NCBI GenBank assembly: GCA_964455675.1
Contig: CAYVYK010000007.1
Span: forward strand, 1 to 24,457
Reading direction: 5' to 3'
DNA length: 24,457 nucleotides
From: an uncultured Methanosarcinales archaeon
Lineage (GTDB): Archaea; Nanobdellota; Nanobdellia; Woesearchaeales; CAYVYK01
Part shown: piece by piece, positions 13,994-22,174 of the stretch
Numbering within the stretch: position 1 is the stretch's first letter
Layout: every line of letters starts with the position of its first letter
Program-made: the position numbers and the translations under genes
The notes under the pieces: generated by a model
The model's database searches: none
What the model was told of the DNA's origin: nothing
What the model saw: the letters and a program-made list of their open reading frames with translations, nothing else

Positions 13994-14890
13994 ATGAAGA
14001 CCAGACTGGTCCAGATATTCTGCGTCGTCGCGATCATCGCGTGCGGCTCACTCACGCTTGTGTACAAGGCGGAGCTGGCCGAGACGTGGCAGCGCAACAA
14101 CGAGGAGATGCAACTGCAGCGCATGTTCGGACGGCCGCGGCCGGACCTGCCGAAGTTCGACTACCGCTACATCGACTATGATGCCTTCAACTTCCACTGG
14201 GCGGACAACAAGGAAGCGCTCGAGCGGTTCGCACGCATCGCGAAAGCAGGCGACATCACCGATGAAATCGTACAGGGCCTCGAGCTCATCTCGCGCCGGG
14301 ACAAGAACGGAGAAGTCCGCCGCACGGCCTCGGACATGTATCAAATGTTCCGGGCGAACGGGAACTTCACCGGGACGGAAGCGTACACCGCGATGCTCAA
14401 AGAGCATATCCGGCTGGACATGAAGCTGGTGTCAGACATTCCCTACAATCCCGCAGATGCATTCATCGTCAGGTTACGAGCGCTGCGCAAGGTTGCCACG
14501 ACGTATACGCCTGAGATGATCACGCCGGCCTTGCTCACGGACCTGCGCACGATTGCACAGGAGGATGATGAACACCGGATACGGCAAGAAGTAACCGACA
14601 TGCTTCGTGCGTATGGCTGGACCAATGACTTCCAGTACAGCATGGCGAACGTCGACGGCCGCCACGAGGCGCGTAGGCTATCGATCAAGCTCAAGAGCAA
14701 CCTGCCGTACAATCCAAAAGCGGATTCCACAGTTCGGCTGGATCAGCTCGAGCGTTACCATCGCAACTATGGCGTGGTCGGGGAGAGCGTCCTTGCAGAT
14801 CTCTGGACAATCGCCTCGAACGACGACAACCAAGAAGTTGCGGGCCTCGCGTCCATGATGTGGAGCGAGTACGGCGGGAGAGCGCAGTAG
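13994..14890 (+). CDS. Membrane-anchored HEAT-like repeat protein (298 aa)
   Basis: GGAGAG lies 4 nt upstream of the ATG. N-terminal TM segment LVQIFCVVAIIACGSL. Internal repeats DIPYNPADAFIVRLRALRKV...LLTDLRTIAQEDDEH and NLPYNPKADSTVRLDQLERY...LADLWTIASNDDNQEV have a PBS-lyase/HEAT-like periodicity. Confidence 0.55.
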   Translation: MKTRLVQIFCVVAIIACGSLTLVYKAELAETWQRNNEEMQLQRMFGRPRPDLPKFDYRYIDYDAFNFHWADNKEALERFARIAKAGDITDEIVQGLELISRRDKNGEVRRTASDMYQMFRANGNFTGTEAYTAMLKEHIRLDMKLVSDIPYNPADAFIVRLRALRKVATTYTPEMITPALLTDLRTIAQEDDEHRIRQEVTDMLRAYGWTNDFQYSMANVDGRHEARRLSIKLKSNLPYNPKADSTVRLDQLERYHRNYGVVGESVLADLWTIASNDDNQEVAGLASMMWSEYGGRAQ

Positions 14891-14977
14891 ACTCACATCA
14901 CACATGCACCTGCAAAAAGGCCCAGCATAACCCATCGGCGAAAGGGCACGCAGGTATCGCCGACGAGGTAACAATCA

Positions 14978-15709
14978 ATGTCAAACGACTTTCGCAGACA
15001 ACATCGATGGTGGTACTGGCCGGTCGGCATCCTGTTCGTCATTGGCGCCTTTCTCCTGCTCGGAAAGGAGCACGGAGTTGTCGGGTTCATCAAGGCGGCG
15101 AACACGTACATGACTAAACCTGTTGTGCGCATCGTTCCAGTGAACACCGAACAGATGCCAGTCCAGGCACAGGCGACAGCAAGTCTCTTTAAAGGCAGAA
15201 CCCCTGGTGCCGACGAGACCGAATGGCTGAAGGATCTCGAAGCGCGGAGAGCGGCGACGCAACCATCGGTCACTCCCGGCGCGGACGAGATGGAATGGTT
15301 CCAGTCCGCGCGACCCTACAATGATGTGGTGAGCCTCGGCCAGCAGGACGACTGGGTCGTGCTGTATCCCAACGAGGGAAGCAAGACCGTGTTCTGCACT
15401 TCGGAAGGGAAGAAGAACGGCGACGTGTGCATCGCACCGTGCGGTCGCATCGAGGTCGGCGGCCCCATCTTGGTCGTGTGGCAGAAGAATGAAGTCACAC
15501 TCGCGGTCACGTTCCAGCCGCGCAACGCGACGAGCACGATCACGATCGAAGTCACCAGGCATGTGTACAAGGGCGAGGAACTCGTGGAAGTCCGATTCCA
15601 GCCAAGTAAACAGCTGGACAAGAACAAGCTCCGCGAGCAGATCGAGGACGCGCTATCGCGTATTCGAATGAACACCGATCAACTCAGCGGAAAAGGAGAA
15701 GGCCAGTGA
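14978..15709 (+). CDS. Hypothetical membrane-anchored protein (243 aa)
   Basis: TM segment WWYWPVGILFVIGAFLLL. It contains an intragenic copy of the CGCACCGTGCG motif at ~15431. Confidence 0.6.
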   Translation: MSNDFRRQHRWWYWPVGILFVIGAFLLLGKEHGVVGFIKAANTYMTKPVVRIVPVNTEQMPVQAQATASLFKGRTPGADETEWLKDLEARRAATQPSVTPGADEMEWFQSARPYNDVVSLGQQDDWVVLYPNEGSKTVFCTSEGKKNGDVCIAPCGRIEVGGPILVVWQKNEVTLAVTFQPRNATSTITIEVTRHVYKGEELVEVRFQPSKQLDKNKLREQIEDALSRIRMNTDQLSGKGEGQ

Positions 15710-16389
15710 AACACTGCAACGACTGCGGAGCGGAGAACAAGGATGGCGCACGGTTCTGCTGCAAGTGCGGCATTGACTTTGAGGACGGCAGCGGCGGCGG
15801 AGCGGCGATGGCGGCGATCTGCGTCGTCGCGCTTCTTGTCGCGATCGGATTTGGTGTCTACTTCGGCGTGAAAGCGCTCGGGAGCGAGGGGCCGCACAAC
15901 TACACGTACCAGGGCGAAGTCGTGGACGAGGTCGAGCTGTACGGCAACGTGCTGCTTGGTTACGCGACAAACCGGGGTGGCGTCGTTGGATGGCTCGAGA
16001 AGAACGCGCACGGCCTCCTCAAGCCGGGCCCGAACGACAGATTGTATCGGCTTCGCCTGACGAAGGTGGAGTACGACACGACCGAATGGTTCAAGACCAC
16101 ACATCACGTCGAGGACCTCGCCGTCGACAAGGTTCCCAAAGAACTTCGCGATACGTTCAACGAGCTGTGCCTCGCATTGGACATCTTTGTCCACGAGGAG
16201 AGCGACATCGCGGACAAGGGATGGACGTTTACCGCAACACCTGAAACCTTCGGGCGGCTGCGCAAACGCCACCTCCTCCGCGACAAGGGCGTCGAGTACA
16301 CGTACAAGGACGCGAAGGGAGAGAAGCAGACAATCGAGCTGCACCTCATCCATACCGATGCACGCCTTGTGTTCAAACCCAGCAAGTGA
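15706..16389 (+). CDS. Zinc-ribbon / single-TM / extracytoplasmic-domain protein (227 aa), paralog 1 (GTG start)
   Basis: AAAGGAGAAGG lies 3 nt upstream of the GTG. The start overlaps the upstream stop (GTGA). N-terminal CNDCGAENKDGARFCCKCG is a C-x2-C-x9-C-x2-C motif. TM segment AAICVVALLVAIGFGVYFGV. Confidence 0.65.
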   Translation: MKHCNDCGAENKDGARFCCKCGIDFEDGSGGGAAMAAICVVALLVAIGFGVYFGVKALGSEGPHNYTYQGEVVDEVELYGNVLLGYATNRGGVVGWLEKNAHGLLKPGPNDRLYRLRLTKVEYDTTEWFKTTHHVEDLAVDKVPKELRDTFNELCLALDIFVHEESDIADKGWTFTATPETFGRLRKRHLLRDKGVEYTYKDAKGEKQTIELHLIHTDARLVFKPSK

Positions 16390-16440
16390 CGGTAGCTTGT
16401 GTCCATAACAAGTTCCTTGCAAAAACAGGAGTTACCTATT

Positions 16441-17127
16441 ATGAGATGCAGCACGTGCGGAGCTCAAAACGAGGACAGGGCAAGTCGCTGCAACAATTGT
16501 GGCATGACCATTCGCGCGCACGGATGGACATCAATCGTTGCGATCTGCGTGGTAGTGCTCGCCGTGGCTGGAGGCGGCATCTACTTCGGGCTGAAGTCAC
16601 TGTCCAGCGAAGGACCCTGCAACTATGTGTTTACGGGCGAGATCGCGGACGAAGTCTCGCTCTTCCACAATGTCCAGGTCAGCTATGCAACGGACCGCAG
16701 TGACACCATTCCTCCCAACTGGAGGAGCACATTTGACAAAATGGAATTTGGTCCGAGCGACCGGCTGTATCGGCTTCGCCTGACAAAGGTGGAGTACGAC
16801 ACCACATGGTTGTTCAAGACCATCCATCACATCGAGGACATTTCCCCTGACAACGTGCCGAGCGACTTGAGGGGAACGATTGACAATCTGGGTCTTGCAG
16901 AGGATGGAATGTTCATTCACGAAGGCAAGGATGTGGGGGACATGGGATGGACATTCATCATAACCCGAGAAGGCCTGGAACGAGTTCACCAAAGCCACAC
17001 TCTGCGCGACCTCGGGGTTATGTTTACCTTCAAGCAAGCGGGTGGTGAGGAACGCACCATCGAACGGCACCTCATCCACAATCTCGTCGGCAGTGATGTA
17101 CAGCTCGTGTTCAAACCCAGCAAGTGA
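16441..17127 (+). CDS. Zinc-ribbon / single-TM / extracytoplasmic-domain protein (228 aa), paralog 2
   Basis: AGGAG lies 9 nt upstream of the ATG. N-terminal CSTCGAQNEDRASRCNNCG. It shares the block DRLYRLRLTKVEYDTT and the C-terminal HLIH...LVFKPSK with paralog 1. Confidence 0.65.
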   Translation: MRCSTCGAQNEDRASRCNNCGMTIRAHGWTSIVAICVVVLAVAGGGIYFGLKSLSSEGPCNYVFTGEIADEVSLFHNVQVSYATDRSDTIPPNWRSTFDKMEFGPSDRLYRLRLTKVEYDTTWLFKTIHHIEDISPDNVPSDLRGTIDNLGLAEDGMFIHEGKDVGDMGWTFIITREGLERVHQSHTLRDLGVMFTFKQAGGEERTIERHLIHNLVGSDVQLVFKPSK

Positions 17128-17181
17128 CAGTGTGTCGCTTGCATTTTGTTCCAACGGAAAACGAAATCTGAGGAGATACAC

Positions 17182-17673
17182 ATGCCGTGGTTCTTTTTCT
17201 GGATGCTTTTCGGAAGACAATCGAACTGCAACGACACTGCGCCGCCGTCCTCCGCAAAGCAGGTGACCTGCGTGCTCTTGACGGTCTCCCTGATCGCGAT
17301 CGTCGGCGTGTTCTGGCCGCAGGGATACGCGTGGATCACCGGCTCTGCCGAACGCGTCAACAATGTTCTTGCCGTGAGCGAGTACACCTCCTGGACGCCA
17401 CTATGGGAACCGCTCGAGATGGAAGGCACGCACAACGGAATTGTACTCCAGGTGTGCCATTCATCAGCCGCGGACGCACTCGTGACTCGGCCGGCGCACT
17501 ACCCCGATCTCCTCGACATGATGGAGAAACTGCCAGGAGGAGAATGGTGGGCTCCTGCATACTTCACAGGGTATCTGTTCCTCCTATTTGCCGTGGGAGT
17601 AGCAGCGGGGATCCTAACATTCGAGTGGCTCGCGCCGAGAACGGATGAAGCCGATGGCGCGTTAGCCTGCTAG
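17182..17673 (+). CDS. Polytopic membrane protein (163 aa)
   Basis: GAGGAGA lies 5 nt upstream of the ATG. Hydrophobic segments are present at both ends. Confidence 0.55.
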   Translation: MPWFFFWMLFGRQSNCNDTAPPSSAKQVTCVLLTVSLIAIVGVFWPQGYAWITGSAERVNNVLAVSEYTSWTPLWEPLEMEGTHNGIVLQVCHSSAADALVTRPAHYPDLLDMMEKLPGGEWWAPAYFTGYLFLLFAVGVAAGILTFEWLAPRTDEADGALAC

Positions 17674-17786
17674 GTTTACATCTCACCAAGAAAGCGAGGT
17701 GCAATGCAAGAAATGAAGTAAACTCAGAGCGTTGTGTTACGAGTGGAAGAAAAGAACGGATTCTACAGCAAATGGAGCAATGACCA

Positions 17787-18035
17787 ATGGCAATTTCGAG
17801 ACGAAGAGTACTTGGTGTGGCGCTGACAGATCTTAACATCGGGGATTTGGAGCTCGTGGGATTCAGCATGGAAGAAGTAGGCGTCGTCGGCACGATGGTC
17901 GGAGGTGATCATTCCGACGATGATCCGAACGATGGCACCCTGGACACCTTCGCCAGCTTGTGCTGTGTTGACGAAGATCCGAGCCATGAGGGCGACGATC
18001 CGAGCCATGAGGACGATCCAGACGCTGTCAACTAG
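17787..18035 (+). CDS. Small highly acidic protein (82 aa) with an RRR-containing N-terminus and a double-Gly motif
   Basis: MAISRRRVLGVAL...TMVGG, then a Cys-Cys and DPSHEGDDPSHEDDPD repeats. A weak RBS (GGAGC) is upstream. Confidence 0.4.
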   Translation: MAISRRRVLGVALTDLNIGDLELVGFSMEEVGVVGTMVGGDHSDDDPNDGTLDTFASLCCVDEDPSHEGDDPSHEDDPDAVN

Positions 18036-18073
18036 ACCGCGGAGTTGAGGAGCTTTGGGGGGAGCTCCTCTGC

Positions 18074-18766
18074 ATGGAGGTCCAGATGTACGTACAAAGA
18101 CTACAGCGGGAGATACAAACCTTCGGCAAGGACGTTTTTCTTTTATGTGCGGTCACACAAGCCAAGCGATGTATGGACGCGATCCTAGCTGGAGGAGAAG
18201 CGCCAAACCACCTCATCGAAGCAGTCAATGCCGTTGCGGACCTTGTCACGCACCGTAATGTGGAAGACTTGGTGCGAGGGCTGGTACCGAGAGAGCAAAT
18301 CGTCCAGAGCTTTCAACGTCTCAGAGCGCGCCTCGAGATCAGCGGCAACGTTGACAATGATCATGTTGTTGCTCGCGTGCTCGAGAATCTACAAGGGAAG
18401 AAGAAAAGCACTGACGTGTGTACCGACACCGTCGCACGCGTCATTGCTGGAGGAATTAGAAGGGAGATTGCACAAGATGTCCTCGCGAAGTGCGGCACTA
18501 CGTGTGAGTCCCTCCAGGAGGATTCGCTGGTTTCTCTCACATGGGGCCGCTCTGTCGCCGAGCTCATCTTCCTGAGCGAGAGCCACGCCGCGGCCATTCT
18601 CCAGGCCGAGCAAGAAGGACGTGAACAACCCTGTCACTGCGAGCAGGTCGTGCAGTGCGTGGCGCACTACCTCGCTTGCAACGTGCGCATTCTGTGTGCG
18701 CTTCAACTCACGCCAGCGGGAACGTCACTGAACGTACTCGCACAGAAAGCAGAGGAGCAGATCTGA
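18074..18766 (+). CDS. Hypothetical soluble helical protein (230 aa)
   Basis: GGGGGGAG lies 9 nt upstream of the ATG. Confidence 0.55.
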   Translation: MEVQMYVQRLQREIQTFGKDVFLLCAVTQAKRCMDAILAGGEAPNHLIEAVNAVADLVTHRNVEDLVRGLVPREQIVQSFQRLRARLEISGNVDNDHVVARVLENLQGKKKSTDVCTDTVARVIAGGIRREIAQDVLAKCGTTCESLQEDSLVSLTWGRSVAELIFLSESHAAAILQAEQEGREQPCHCEQVVQCVAHYLACNVRILCALQLTPAGTSLNVLAQKAEEQI

Positions 18767-18860
18767 TGAACATGAGTATCACACGAGCACCCCCGAGGAA
18801 ACAAACGGAAGGGAAGAAGCAACGCACTACAGGGGTCTTACCCCAAGGAGGTACCAAGTT

Positions 18861-19286
18861 GTGAACGAGTACCATGTCTGGCTCACACAATTCCTGCCAG
18901 GCAAACACGTCACCGACACTGGTAGCCCCAAGTGGTTCGCGATAGCTGAACTCTCACTTCACAGTCCCGAGCAAAAAGGGATCCAAGGCAGTATCACGGT
19001 GGACCTTGAAGACCCACAGGTATGGGGTCAGATCGATCCTCCGATGGCTACTGTCCGTCGGGAAATGGAAGTGACCGCAGATCCAGTATGTGAGAACCTG
19101 GTTAAAGAACGGCTGAACCGAATCGTTGGCGGTACCAAGTGGGTGATCAGGGCAGGAGACATGCGACGCAAGCCACGAGGCTGGAGGGCTTGCCGCATCG
19201 AACGATCATTCCAGCCAACTGACGAACCCAGGACTGCAAAGTCCACTGAACAACCTTTTACAGGAGCAACGAATCATGAAGCGTAA
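18861..19286 (+). CDS. Hypothetical soluble protein (141 aa, GTG start)
   Basis: AAGGAGG lies 9 nt upstream of the GTG. Its 3' end overlaps the next gene by 11 nt. Confidence 0.5.
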   Translation: MNEYHVWLTQFLPGKHVTDTGSPKWFAIAELSLHSPEQKGIQGSITVDLEDPQVWGQIDPPMATVRREMEVTADPVCENLVKERLNRIVGGTKWVIRAGDMRRKPRGWRACRIERSFQPTDEPRTAKSTEQPFTGATNHEA

Positions 19287-21117
19287 CATGTTGACGATTT
19301 TCGCCGTGCTCGTGCTCGCGAGCGCCTGCATGGCTGAGGAACTCTGGACGAAGACGGTCGGCGACGTGAAGGTCGGCGACGTCAAGGGCGGAGTGTGGGA
19401 ATTGCCGGTCCTCCTCTGGGGCGGTGACTTCCCGTGGTTCCTCGCGAACGGCGGCGCGGAGACCAAGCCCGGAAGCATCTTGGGTCAGCTCGGACTGAAG
19501 ATCAAGATTGTCCGCGGAGACGATCCCATCGGGCAGAGCCGTCGCTATGTCGCTGGCGATAGCCCGTTCCTGCGCGGCACTGATGCCATGCTGTACCAGG
19601 CATCCCAGCTCATCGCCGACAACCAGAAGACGAAAGGCTACCTACTCTTCCAGGAGACGTGGTCTGCAGGCGACTGGTTCGTCGTGCGCAAAGGCATCAC
19701 TACCATGAGCGACCTCAAAGGACAGAAGGTCGTCATGCAGCGCGGCGGCCCGCACTGGGGATGCTTCGATGATGCCCTTTTCCTGGCGCAGATGAGCTGG
19801 AGCGATGTACAGATCGTGTGGGCCGACGACCTCACGGGAACGCCCAAGAGCCCGGCGGAAATGTTCCGAAACGATCCCAGCATCAAGGCGTGCTTTGTCG
19901 TGACGCCCGACATGAACGGTCTCACCGGCGGTCCTGACAACATCCCCGACAGCAGTGTTGAAGGCCTCGTCGAGGGAAGTCGTGTCCTATTCGGCACACC
20001 GTCCATGAATTACAGCATCTGGGACGGCTACGTCGTGCGCCAGGAATGGTACGACGCGCGCCCGGCCGACGTGCACAAGCTCGTGTTCGCTTTCCACAAG
20101 GCTGTAGAAGAACTACTTGACCTCGCCGCCGGGTACGAGAAGGGCGACAAGGACAAGACGAAGAAGTACTTGCAGATCCTGCAAATGGCGCAGGACTTCT
20201 ACGGCAAGAAGGACATCCCGACGCTCGAGAAAGACGCGCACGGCCTCGTGATGGACGCGAAGTTCGCTGGCCACCCCGGAAACATTGCGTTCTTCCAGGA
20301 GACTGGCAGTGGGCACGGCTTCCAGGACGTGCAGAACAAGCGGCTTGATCTCGTCGTGCGCCTCGGGTATGCTTCGCTCAAGCAAGGCATCGCCCCAAGC
20401 CCGATCAACTGGAGCGACAAGATCTTCGACGGACTCGCCACGAAGGGCGCGACGAAGAAGAGCAACATCAAGAGCGAAGAACTGTACGAGAAGCTCGAGC
20501 AGATGGAAGCCGCAGGCACCGTCGGCCAGCGCAAGATGCTCGCATTCTCCGTGTACTTTGACATCAACCAGACGACGTTTGACCCTGTGCAGTACGCGGC
20601 GGACTTCGAGCGCGTGCTCAACATCGTTGCGGTCGGCGGCAACTTCACGATCGCAGTGCGCGGCAACGTCGACAGCCATGCGACGATCGTGCACTTCATC
20701 AACGCCGGCCTCGCGAACGGATTCCTTCGCAGGGACGGCGACAAGCAGTCGGGATTTCGGTACTTCCTGCGGTCGAGTGGGAAGCAAATCACGTTCGACA
20801 ACGTTGCCGAAGTCCTCGACATCATGAACAATCCGCAATTCACGGCGACGGGAGAATGGGATCCCAAGGGCTGTGAAGCGGATGGCCTACGCACGAGCAA
20901 GCAGCGCGCGCAAGAAGTGAAGGACGCGATCATCAAGTACGCGGCAAGCAAGAACTTCAAGCTCAATCCGGACCAGCTCGTCGTCACGGGCGTCGGCATC
21001 CGCGAACCTGTGCACGTCAAGCCGAATGGCCCAGACCAGAGCAAGAAGAACCGGCGCGTCGAGATCGCGATCCTGAACTTCCAGGCGGAAGACGCAAGCC
21101 TCGGGTACGAGTACTAA
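19276..21117 (+). CDS. Secreted two-domain protein (613 aa): periplasmic solute-binding-like fold (NMT1/SsuA/NrtA-like) fused to a C-terminal OmpA-like peptidoglycan-binding domain
   Basis: Signal peptide MKRNMLTIFAVLVLASACMA. The N-terminal half shows SBP-like segments (LKIKIV..., MSDLKGQKVVMQRGGPHW...DVQIVWADD). The C-terminus carries OmpA_C-like hallmarks (...GNVDSHAT..., LRTSKQRAQEVKDAIIKY..., NRRVEIAIL). AGGAG lies 9 nt upstream of the ATG. Confidence 0.65.
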   Translation: MKRNMLTIFAVLVLASACMAEELWTKTVGDVKVGDVKGGVWELPVLLWGGDFPWFLANGGAETKPGSILGQLGLKIKIVRGDDPIGQSRRYVAGDSPFLRGTDAMLYQASQLIADNQKTKGYLLFQETWSAGDWFVVRKGITTMSDLKGQKVVMQRGGPHWGCFDDALFLAQMSWSDVQIVWADDLTGTPKSPAEMFRNDPSIKACFVVTPDMNGLTGGPDNIPDSSVEGLVEGSRVLFGTPSMNYSIWDGYVVRQEWYDARPADVHKLVFAFHKAVEELLDLAAGYEKGDKDKTKKYLQILQMAQDFYGKKDIPTLEKDAHGLVMDAKFAGHPGNIAFFQETGSGHGFQDVQNKRLDLVVRLGYASLKQGIAPSPINWSDKIFDGLATKGATKKSNIKSEELYEKLEQMEAAGTVGQRKMLAFSVYFDINQTTFDPVQYAADFERVLNIVAVGGNFTIAVRGNVDSHATIVHFINAGLANGFLRRDGDKQSGFRYFLRSSGKQITFDNVAEVLDIMNNPQFTATGEWDPKGCEADGLRTSKQRAQEVKDAIIKYAASKNFKLNPDQLVVTGVGIREPVHVKPNGPDQSKKNRRVEIAILNFQAEDASLGYEY

Positions 21118-21137
21118 AGAAAGGCAGGTGAGCAGAA

Positions 21138-22091
21138 ATGAAGACACCCATGAAAACACTACTGATCGGACTGCTCGTCCTGCTGCCGGCTGTTGCGTAC
21201 GCACAGGATGCGCACGACTGCACCATCATCGTCCTTGACGCTTCAGGCTCCATGCGGAGCACCATGAAGGACAGCCAGGGACGGGAGGTGCGCAAGATTG
21301 ACGCGGCGAAGCAAGCGCTCAAGAAGATTGCCGAGCAGATGCCCAAGGATGAGTGGGTCGGCCTCCTCGTGTTCTCCGCGCAGAACCTGTCAAAGGACCA
21401 GGAGTGGCTCTACCCCCTCGGCAAGCTCGATGTTCGAAAGCTTCAGCAGGCAATCGACATCCCGGAACCCGGCGGCGGAACGCCACTCTCGTGGTACATG
21501 GAAGGCGCGGCAAACGAGCTCATGAAGCAGCGCGAGCGCCAACATTACTACGGGACGTACCGCCTGCTGGTCGTCACCGACGGCGAAGATGATGATCGAG
21601 GCCGGTGCGAGAAGATCACGAAGCTTGTCCTGGAACGCAAACTGCGCATTGACGCGATCGGCGTTGCCATGGACAACCGACACATTCTCGCAACGCGCTC
21701 GGACAGCTACCGAACGGCCCAGAACCCTGAGGAACTCCAACGGGTTCTGTCCGCGGTGTTCGCCGAGATTCCGGCAAGCGGTATCGGGAAGATGACACTC
21801 CAAGAGTCGTATGAACTCACGAGCGGATTTCCCGACGACGTCGCGCAGAGCATCATCGAGCAACTGTCGCGGCCGGCAGGAAACCACCCGATCGGGACGC
21901 AGCCGCCCGCGCCAGCGGTTGATAATCCCAGCCCACCCTCCCAGGGGACTGTGGCGCAAACGTCCACACCCGCACCAGTGCAGGTCGGCACGAGCGGATT
22001 TACTGTATTCCTGATCTTCGTCGGAAGCATCTTCGTGATCGTCGTCGCCATCCTGTTCTTCAAATGGCTTCTCGACGGCGGCTGCTGTTAA
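21138..22091 (+). CDS. Von Willebrand factor type A (VWA) domain protein (317 aa): signal peptide, C-terminal TM anchor
   Basis: Signal peptide MKTLLIGLLVLLPAVAYA. MIDAS motif IIVLDASGSM (D-x-S-x-S) and downstream LLVVTDGEDD. Pro-rich linker. C-terminal TM segment FTVFLIFVGSIFVIVVAILFF. Confidence 0.7.
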   Translation: MKTPMKTLLIGLLVLLPAVAYAQDAHDCTIIVLDASGSMRSTMKDSQGREVRKIDAAKQALKKIAEQMPKDEWVGLLVFSAQNLSKDQEWLYPLGKLDVRKLQQAIDIPEPGGGTPLSWYMEGAANELMKQRERQHYYGTYRLLVVTDGEDDDRGRCEKITKLVLERKLRIDAIGVAMDNRHILATRSDSYRTAQNPEELQRVLSAVFAEIPASGIGKMTLQESYELTSGFPDDVAQSIIEQLSRPAGNHPIGTQPPAPAVDNPSPPSQGTVAQTSTPAPVQVGTSGFTVFLIFVGSIFVIVVAILFFKWLLDGGCC

Positions 22092-22107
22092 CCACTAACC
22101 CGCGCTG

Positions 22108-22155
22108 GGCAGGCCGCAACACTTGGGCGGAAACGTCCTTGTCACGCGGCCTGCC
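22108..22155 (+). other. Perfect 10-bp inverted repeat GGCAGGCCGC...GCGGCCTGCC (28-nt spacer) between the VWA gene and the next gene
   Basis: It occupies most of the 83-nt intergenic gap and ends 19 nt before the 22175 start. Confidence 0.4.
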
Positions 22156-22174
22156 TGGCGCATGAAAGGAACAA

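Noticed and set aside
18655-18864. 69-aa ORF ending at the start of the 18861 gene, including the MNMSITRAPP... segment
   Set aside because: It mostly overlaps the 3' end of the 230-aa gene in another frame. The non-overlapping part is a basic low-complexity stretch that contains the RBS of the next gene. It is more likely 5'-UTR.
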